Below, in pieces: positions 17,787-24,174 of a stretch of DNA of 32,000 nucleotides; within the stretch, counting starts at the first letter, position 1; every line of letters starts with the position of its first letter. Made by a program: the position numbers and the translations under genes. The DNA is from an uncultured Desulfobacterales bacterium. GTDB taxonomy: Bacteria; Desulfobacterota; DSM-4660; Desulfatiglandales; HGW-15. The stretch covers positions 1-32,000 of the forward strand of contig CAYYVD010000005.1 in NCBI GenBank assembly GCA_964475045.1. Reading direction: 5' to 3'. Under the pieces are notes generated by a model that saw nothing but the letters and a program-made list of their open reading frames with translations, searched no databases and was not told where the DNA came from.

Positions 17787-17827
17787 GGTGAGGGCGCCCG
17801 GACCCGGTCGTCCGGGACACCCTCACC
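17787..17827. repeat. Interrupted 15-bp stem-loop in the ppsA2-ppsB2 intergenic spacer
   Basis: GGTGAGGG (17787-17794) pairs with CCCTCACC (17820-17827). An inner stem pairs CCCGGAC (17797-17803) with GTCCGGG (17810-17816). Confidence 0.5.
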
Positions 17828-17868
17828 GCGTACCTTTGGAATGGCCCGTCGGGGCGGGCCCGGCCGGG

Positions 17869-19548
17869 CTAGCCGAGGATGTAGACGACGCCCAGGTTTG
17901 CGTCCACCTTGACCCGCTGGCCGCTTTTGATCTTGGCGGTGCCTTCGAAGACGTTCATGACCACCGGGATGCCGTACTCCCGTCCCACGATGGCCGCGTG
18001 TGAGAGGCTGGCGCCCCGGTCCACCACCACGCCTTTGATCATGGAGAAGATGGGCGTCCAGCTCGGCGATGTGCTGGCGGCCACGAGAATGTCTCCTTCC
18101 TGGACGCGGTGCAGCTCGTCCTCCGACATGATGACGCGGGCGGTGCCCTCGGCCACGCCCGGCGAACCGCAGGTCCCATAGAGGTCCGCCTTGAGCTCCG
18201 GGCGAACGTCCGGCATGGAGCCCACCACCACCTTGAGGGCGATGGGGTCGTTGGACTGCACCAGCACGCCCATGGCCTGATCCAGGTCGAATCCCTCCTT
18301 CAGCATAACCGGCGGGTTGGGGTTCTTCTTCCACTCCTCCCACTCGGCCTTCCTGCGCTCCACGATGGAGCGGAGGTTGAACTGATCCGGGGCGATGCCG
18401 GCACGGCGCACCTCGTCCGGAATCAGGAAGAACATGTCCTCCGGGGCGTCGATGGCGCCCTCGGCCGTGAAGCGGCGGCCCAGCCCCAGAGCGCTTCTCC
18501 GCATCATGGCGTGGGTGTAGAGGTCCAGGTAATGGTCATGCTCCTCGCTGAACACGCCGCTCTTCTGGGCCAGGCGCATGAGCTGCTCGAACCAGGCCCG
18601 CTGCTCCTGGGGAACCTTGGCGAGAACCTCTTTCTCCGCGGCCAGCCGCTCCGCCTCGGTGTTGCTGCGCTCCTCGTCCAGGTTGAAGCCGCCCCCTTTG
18701 GACAGGAACTGTTTGACGGCCCCCAGGGCCGGTGTCGGATCCTCCACCCAGGTGGGCAGATTGATCTCGCTCATGCGCTGCATACGCCAGCCGTCCTCGT
18801 TCATGAAGTCCATGAAGTCCTTCATGAAGGCCTGCCCCTTTTCCGTCTCCTCCAGCTTTTCGCGGATGTCCGGCGCATCGTTCTCGAGGAACACCTCCGC
18901 CAGGCCCTCCTCCTCGGCGCGCTTGGAGAACTGCCAGAGCTTTCGATCCACCTGAAAGACCTTGTTGTCGAACCCGGAGACGAGCTTGTGAAAGAGGGGG
19001 GAGGTGTCGTCGATCTGGGCGATCTGGCGGCACATGTTTTCGAACAGGATGTAGGCCGTGTAGGTCCCGTACATCATGTACATGTGGATCTCCCACATGC
19101 GGCGGCAGGTGTTGATGGTCTCCTCGAAGTTCTCCAGGAGCTCGACGTTGCTCGCCGTGTCCAGGTTCAGCGCCTTGAGGGCCTCGTACCGGTTGAGGAT
19201 CTCGTTTACGAAATCGTTCCACAACCCGTCATAGTCCTCGATGAAGGGCAGGATCGCCTTCCGGAACGCCTCCTCACGGCGTTGTTTCTCTTCCTCGCTC
19301 TTGACCAGGAGCAGGGTCAGGTAGCCCCCGCCGTTCATGAACCGCCAGTCCCACCCTTTGACCGTGGGCAGGCTCAGCTTTTCCGCGCCGTACTGCATGC
19401 CGTGCCTGCAGAAGTTGATCCAGAACCAACCAAACATGGGCGTCCAGGGCGGCACGGAATGGGTCCCGTCCAGGAACCAGGCGGGCGACTGCTCGAAATC
19501 CTTTTCCGGATCGAATTCCAATCCCGGAACCACGTCGTAGACTTTCAT
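17869..19548 (-). CDS. PEP-utilising mobile-domain protein, divergent PpsA-like (pair 2)
   Basis: 559 aa from ATG 19548, which has AAGGAGG 5 nt upstream; the track's 19740 start adds a junk-like extension. The C-terminal motif is RGASLSHAAIVGREYGIPVV (His codon 17998-18000). The N-terminus MKVYDVVPGLEFDPEKDF differs from pair 1. Confidence 0.85.
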   Translation of the reverse strand: MKVYDVVPGLEFDPEKDFEQSPAWFLDGTHSVPPWTPMFGWFWINFCRHGMQYGAEKLSLPTVKGWDWRFMNGGGYLTLLLVKSEEEKQRREEAFRKAILPFIEDYDGLWNDFVNEILNRYEALKALNLDTASNVELLENFEETINTCRRMWEIHMYMMYGTYTAYILFENMCRQIAQIDDTSPLFHKLVSGFDNKVFQVDRKLWQFSKRAEEEGLAEVFLENDAPDIREKLEETEKGQAFMKDFMDFMNEDGWRMQRMSEINLPTWVEDPTPALGAVKQFLSKGGGFNLDEERSNTEAERLAAEKEVLAKVPQEQRAWFEQLMRLAQKSGVFSEEHDHYLDLYTHAMMRRSALGLGRRFTAEGAIDAPEDMFFLIPDEVRRAGIAPDQFNLRSIVERRKAEWEEWKKNPNPPVMLKEGFDLDQAMGVLVQSNDPIALKVVVGSMPDVRPELKADLYGTCGSPGVAEGTARVIMSEDELHRVQEGDILVAASTSPSWTPIFSMIKGVVVDRGASLSHAAIVGREYGIPVVMNVFEGTAKIKSGQRVKVDANLGVVYILG

Positions 19549-19798
19549 GCTTGCCTCCTTTTGTGTGGGGATGGATGGGCCGTCTCGAAAGTGGTTCGGA
19601 CGGGGTTTCTTCGACCGGCCGGGCATCCGGGACCGGACGTCTGGACTGAAAAGCGATGGGCGCAGCATGGAGAGCGGGGATCGAGCCGGACGAAAAACCG
19701 CGTCAAGAACCGGCGGCCTCGGACCGCTGGTGAAGCACAAGGCTGCAGAGAGATCGGGATCGAGAGAGCAGAAGGCCCATTGTGGTTTTCCGGCGTTC

Positions 19799-19812
19799 GA
19801 TCACCTCCTTTC
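19799..19812 (-). other. Orphan extended Shine-Dalgarno element (plus strand equals a 16S rRNA 3'-tail-like 14-mer)
   Basis: The minus strand reads GAAAGGAGGTGATC and the plus strand GATCACCTCCTTTC. The nearest ATG is 23 nt downstream, so no start codon sits at functional spacing. Confidence 0.4.
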
Positions 19813-19829
19813 ACAGAAGGGGGATTTCA

Positions 19830-20184
19830 TCACTCGTCGTCCACGAGCGTCAGGGCCCCCGGGGCGCACCACTTGACGCATTCGGGATCGGGAGGGTCCC
19901 CTCAGAAGTCGCACTTGAGGGGAATGCCTGTGTCCGGTTCCTTGAACACCGATTTGAGCGGGCAGGAGGCCCGGCAGACCACGCATCCGTCAAGATCGGC
20001 GCCGAGAAGGTGCACAATCCCCCTGGAGTTGCACGCGGCCTCGGTGTAGGGACCGGCAATCACCGGCAGACAGTAAGTCTCTGCCACGTACACGCGGATT
20101 CACGGCGTCCGTGTGCTTGAGGGAGCAGGCCACCTGGCACATCCTGCACCCGGTGCAGCGGCTGGGGTCGATGTGAATCCTCAT
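19830..20184 (-). pseudogene. Decayed poly-ferredoxin ([4Fe-4S] dicluster) gene
   Basis: The start is ATGA-coupled to the AOR stop (20181-20184). MRIHIDPSRCTGCRMCQVACS is intact. The frame shifts near 20095-20105 (..AVNPR then IRVYVAETYC). The internal cluster motifs are degenerate (CLPVIAGPYTEAAC, CVVCRASCP). An in-frame TGA at 19902-19904 is followed in frame by GDPPDPECVKWCAPGALTLVDDE*. Confidence 0.7.
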
Positions 20185-21689
20185 TCGCATCCCCCTTCCT
20201 CGGCCAGCCCCAGCTCCTGCAGCTTCTCCGGGGTGGGGGTGCCCTGGTCGTCCCACCCGCGAAGGGCGTAGTACTCAGCCAGCATGCGCTCCAGATGGAC
20301 CACCTGGTCCTTGACCCGGGGCTCCTCGGTCATTCGCCGGGGGAGGCGGTCATCTGTGCGGCTGAATCCCTCGCGGCGGTTGAAGATCCTTTCCAGGTTC
20401 CAGATTCTCTCTCCGATGCGCGCCAGTTCATCGGCCGTGTATTCCATGCCGGTGATGACGTTCAGCCAGGCCTGAAGCTTCTTCGCCCAGAGGGGGCCGT
20501 GGTAGATGATCCAGCACAGAATGGCGGAGTCCACCAGGGCCACGAAGTCCCGGTCCTTCACCGTGAAGGGGACGTGTTGGGCCGGGTCCTTGCGGCCCTC
20601 GTAAAAGGGGAGCGTGGCCTTGGTGTGGGAGGCCCCCACGTTGTTCGTGGCGTCCTGAAGGCCGATCCCCTCGAAGCCCTGGGGGTGCCAGGCGGGCATG
20701 CCCGACCCTTTGACGCCCATGAACAGCTCGGGGTGCCCGCATTGCTCTGCGAGGATCGCCCCTCCTTCGGCCACCCTGTCCCCGAAACCTTCCCGTAGGG
20801 CCGTCTGCTTCATCAATCGGATCATGGCGTCCAGGTCGCCGAAGCGAACCGTGTATCCGATCTCGGCTTGGCCGATCACATCGCGTTCGAACAGCTCCAT
20901 CACGCACGAGACGGTGGCGCCCGTGCTGATGGTGTCCATGCCGAGCTCGTTGCACAGGTAGTTGGTCCGGCAGATGTCCGCCAGGTCCCCGATCCCGCAG
21001 TTGGACCCCAGGAGGGCCATGCTCTCGTGCTCCGGGCCCTTGGCCGTGCCCGGGTAGGCGGGATCCGATATTCGGCTGCGCTTGCTGCACGCGAAGGGAC
21101 ACCCGAAGCAGGCCTCGTCCCGGACGCGGATTCGATCGCGAATGACGGCAGGATCGTCGAATGCCGTGAAGGGCTCGAAGAAACCGGCCTGGAAGTTCAT
21201 GGCGGCCTGAGTCCACGTGGCGTTGGCCCGGCAGGGCAGCACCCAGGTCCCGTACATCAGGCGGTTCCGCTTCCCCCACAGGTGCGAGGCCGGGCGGATC
21301 TCCACGCGATCGTCCCGGATGTAGAGATACACCGGCTCCTCGGCGCTTCCTTCCACCACCAGCACGTCATAGCCCGAGTACTTGAGGTGGGCCCCGAAAT
21401 ATCCTCCACAGCAAGGGTTTGCGATCCCTCCGCTCAATGGGCTCTTGGAGACCACGATGAAGCGCCCCCCGGCGGGCACGCCCGAACCCGTGAGCGGCCC
21501 GGTGGCGAAGAAGAGCTTGTTCTCAGGGGCCAGAGCGTCGGTCCCCGGTGCGATCTCGTCGAAGAGCATGCGCAGCCCGACGCCCCGGCCGCCGATGTAC
21601 TTCCGGGCGAGTTGTCGGGACAGGTTTTCCACGGCGATGTGCCCGCGGGTGAGGTCCACTCTCAGGATGTTGCCCTTCCATCCGTGCAT
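20181..21689 (-). pseudogene. Aldehyde:ferredoxin oxidoreductase (tungsten AOR) family gene with an in-frame internal deletion of about 100 aa
   Basis: 502 aa, where I recall about 600 for the family. The N-terminus MHGWKGNILRVDL, the EACFGCPFAC cluster motif and C-terminal YYALRGWD are present. HLWGK joins almost directly to ..YGTWVL...NFQAGFF (junction near 21255-21270). The IGPAGE / AGRGG.GAVMGSK segment as I recall it is therefore missing. Confidence 0.65.
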
Positions 21690-22136
21690 GGCGATTTCCC
21701 TTCTTCCGTACCGCCTTTCCCCGGGTTTCGTCCAGCGTCACCGCACCGAAGGGACAGACGGCCGCGCAGGCCCCGCAACCGACGCAGAGCGTTTCGTCCA
21801 CCGCCCCTAGGTTTCCTGTGCGGTCCACGCCTCCCGGGAGAGCACGGTCATGGCCCGGGCCGCTGCAGCGCGGGCCTGAGAAACGCTTTCCTCCATCAGT
21901 TTGGGGCCGTGGGCCATGCCGCAGACGAAGATCCCGTCCGAGGCGAAGTCCACCGGCCTGCAGATCTGACACTCCCAGCGCAACTCGGTGATCAGTCGGT
22001 GGGGCGTGTAGGAGCGGACCGCGTTCCAGGGGCAGCTCGCCGTGCACATGCCGCACTGAAAGCAGCGCTTGAAGCTCTCACCGCCGGCGTCCCGGATGAG
22101 GTCGGAGGCCTCTTTGAATGGCGCTGTCGCTTGCAA
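21690..22136 (-). pseudogene. Chimeric HdrC-like/HdrA-like remnant with a frameshifted ferredoxin tail
   Basis: The 109-aa ORF carries FKRCFQCGMCTASCPWN..RWECQIC (HdrC-like, with the second cluster motif cut). This is fused to RPVDFASDGIFVCGMAHGPKLMEESVSQARAAAARA (HdrA-like C-terminus). The expected continuation GAVDETLCVGCGACAAVCPFGAV lies in another frame (about 21700-21800). Confidence 0.55.
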
Positions 22137-22153
22137 TGGACTTCACGTCCTCT

Positions 22154-22918
22154 CTAGTGCATGAGCCTTCCCCCGTCCACGAGGAGGGTCTGTCCGGTCA
22201 TGAAATCGCTTTCGCTGGAGGACAGGTAGAGAAACGGCCCCTGCGATGTCTTCGGGCGTGCCGACCCGGCCCAGAGGGGCTTTCGAGGTGTCGTACTTGG
22301 AGACGTCCGCGAGTCGCCGACTCGCCTCGGTGTCGATGAACCCGGGGCGACGGCATTGATGGCGATGCCGTGGGGCCCCAGCTCCACGGCCAGGGCCCGG
22401 GTGAGACCCATGACACCGCCCTTGGAGGTCACGTAGTGAGCGAATCCGGTGGAACCGGTGAAAAAAACCTCGGAGGCGATGTTGACGATCCTCCCGTAGC
22501 CCTGCGCTTTCATGTGGGGAAACACGGCGCGTACCGCGAGGAAGACCCCCTTGACGTTCACGCGCATCACCAGGTCCCACTCGTCGAGGTCGATCTCGGT
22601 AAAGGGCCTTCTTTGAATGCCGTCATAGACGGCCGCGTTGTTGACGAGGATGTCCACCCGGCCGAAGGCCTCGGCGGCGGCTTGGGCCATGGCCCGGGTC
22701 TCGTCCTCGTTGGACACGTCCGCCTCGAAGGGAACGGCATGTCCACCCATGGCCTGAATCCGCTCGACGGTTTCTCGAAGGTCGTTTCGATCCTGTTGGG
22801 TCAGCCCGATGTTCATGACCAGGACACTCGCTCCCTCGCGCGCGAGCGCCAGGGCAAAGGTTCGTCCCAGACCCCGGGCCCCGCCTGTCACGATGACCGA
22901 TCGGCTCTCGAGTCGCAT
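22154..22918 (-). CDS. Short-chain dehydrogenase/reductase (SDR) carrying two compensating frameshifts
   Basis: VIVTGGARGLG, NNAAV and YVTSKGG (the Y-x3-K motif) are present. GGAGGG lies 7 nt before ATG 22918. Between about 22340 and 22232 the open frame reads SSTPRRVGDSRTSPSTTPRKPLWAGSARPKTSQGPF. The canonical FIDTEASRRLADVSKYDTSKAPLGRVGTPEDIAGAV is in the adjacent frame (track ORF 22143..22580). Confidence 0.8.
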   Translation of the reverse strand: MRLESRSVIVTGGARGLGRTFALALAREGASVLVMNIGLTQQDRNDLRETVERIQAMGGHAVPFEADVSNEDETRAMAQAAAEAFGRVDILVNNAAVYDGIQRRPFTEIDLDEWDLVMRVNVKGVFLAVRAVFPHMKAQGYGRIVNIASEVFFTGSTGFAHYVTSKGGVMGLTRALAVELGPHGIAINAVAPGSSTPRRVGDSRTSPSTTPRKPLWAGSARPKTSQGPFLYLSSSESDFMTGQTLLVDGGRLMH

Positions 22919-23198
22919 GATGGATCCCTCCGTCATGGGACGGGGAGGCTGTTCCCCGCCGGATTGGGAGGGTTCGTTTCTTTGACGAAACTGAGAGCGT
23001 TGCCGTCCGATTCAGGGTTTCGGGTTCTGTGTGTCCGGCTTCGATATGACCACTCCCGCAGCACGCTGCGGGCTGTTTCCCTGATGCACGCTCCCTCTGT
23101 GGGGAGGCTTCGGAAGAGGATAGGCATGAGGCGGGCCATGGAGACGGCCCCGTTTCGAAGAAGCTCCTTCAGTTTCTTCGATTCTGATGAGTTCCGTA

Positions 23199-23246
23199 TT
23201 GACTTGTCAAAACAATTGAATTTATATTGATATAAGTTTTTCTTAT
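23199..23246. promoter_or_regulatory. LysR operator plus divergent promoter module, copy B (SDR operon / lysR-2)
   Basis: The dyad is ATAAGtttttCTTAT (23232-23246). TGTCAA (23205-23210) reads TTGACA on the minus strand, 21 nt away. On the plus strand, TTGACT (23199-23204), N18 and TATATT (23223-23228) form a sigma70-like promoter for lysR-2, whose predicted start falls in the dyad. Confidence 0.65.
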
Positions 23247-23274
23247 GCTTTGTGCTTGCGGTCCCCTCATGCAG

Positions 23275-24174
23275 ATGAACCTCAATCAGTTGCGCGTCTT
23301 CTATCTGGTCGCCCGGGAGAAAAGCATCACCCGCGCCGCGGAGAGGCTTTTTGTGACCCAGCCCGCCGTGACCATGCAGGTTCGGGCCATGGAGGAGCAG
23401 CTGTCCCTGAGGCTGTTCAAACGCCACGGCCGGGTCCTCAGGCTCACGGAAGGGGGCCGCGTCCTCTTGGGGTACGCCCGAAAAATCTTCTCGATCGTCG
23501 ACGAGATGGAGTCCGTGATCCCCCGTTACGCGGACCTCTCGGAAGGGGCCCTCACCATCGGCACCACAAAAAGCTTTGCACGCCACCTCATGCCCGGCCT
23601 GCTCTCCCGCTTTCAGACCGCCTATCCCGGAATCCGGGTCTCTTTGAAAGAGGCCAGCTCCATGGAGATCGCCGAGGGGCTCGGGACGTTCAGGTACGAT
23701 CTCGGCCTGGTCGGCAGGCTCGAGTACGGCAGAAAGCTGACCGTGGTCGACTACACCAAGGAAGAGTTCTGCCTGGTGACCCCCCCGGACCACCGCTTCA
23801 CCCGCATGCAGGAGGTCTCCCTGGCCGACCTCAAGGGCGAACGGATCATCATTCGGGAGGAGGGGTCCGGCTCCCGGGACGCCATTCGCGTGCTCCTCGA
23901 ATCCCACGGCATCACGCCGTCCGTGCTGATCGAGGCGGGCAGCGTGGAGTTCATCAAGGAGTACGTCATCCAGGGAAAAGGGGTCTCCTTCCTATATATA
24001 CCCGAGATCGATCTGGAAGCCAGGATGGGATTGATCATTCCCCACAAGGTGCGGGAAGGTCCCATCCTGGTCCAGACCGTGGTCATCTACCCGAGGGACG
24101 TCGCGCTTTCCCCGGCGGCCAAGGCCTTCCTGGACCTGGTCACCCCTCAGAACTCGGCCTTGGACAGGCCGTAG
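23275..24174 (+). CDS. LysR-family transcriptional regulator 2 (paralog of regulator 1)
   Basis: MNLNQLRVFYLVAREKSITRAAERLFVTQPAVTMQV is the HTH. The C-terminal SPAAKAFLDL is shared with regulator 1. ATG 23269 or 23275 is the likely start. ATG 23245 lies inside the operator dyad. Confidence 0.9.
   Translation: MNLNQLRVFYLVAREKSITRAAERLFVTQPAVTMQVRAMEEQLSLRLFKRHGRVLRLTEGGRVLLGYARKIFSIVDEMESVIPRYADLSEGALTIGTTKSFARHLMPGLLSRFQTAYPGIRVSLKEASSMEIAEGLGTFRYDLGLVGRLEYGRKLTVVDYTKEEFCLVTPPDHRFTRMQEVSLADLKGERIIIREEGSGSRDAIRVLLESHGITPSVLIEAGSVEFIKEYVIQGKGVSFLYIPEIDLEARMGLIIPHKVREGPILVQTVVIYPRDVALSPAAKAFLDLVTPQNSALDRP

Noticed and set aside
19549-19740. N-terminal 64-aa extension of the ppsA-like-2 ORF (track start 19740) and the overlapping ORF 19545..19814.
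   Set aside because: The extension is R/P/S-rich junk. A strong AAGGAGG RBS sits 5 nt before ATG 19548. ORF 19545..19814 would start at a GTG inside the orphan SD element and has the same junk composition.
19786-19812. Possible 16S rRNA 3'-end fragment on the plus strand (..GGCGTTCGATCACCTCCTTTC).
   Set aside because: Only the terminal ~14 nt match the conserved 16S tail. The preceding sequence matches the conserved helix-45 region at only about 50%. No other rRNA-like sequence flanks it.
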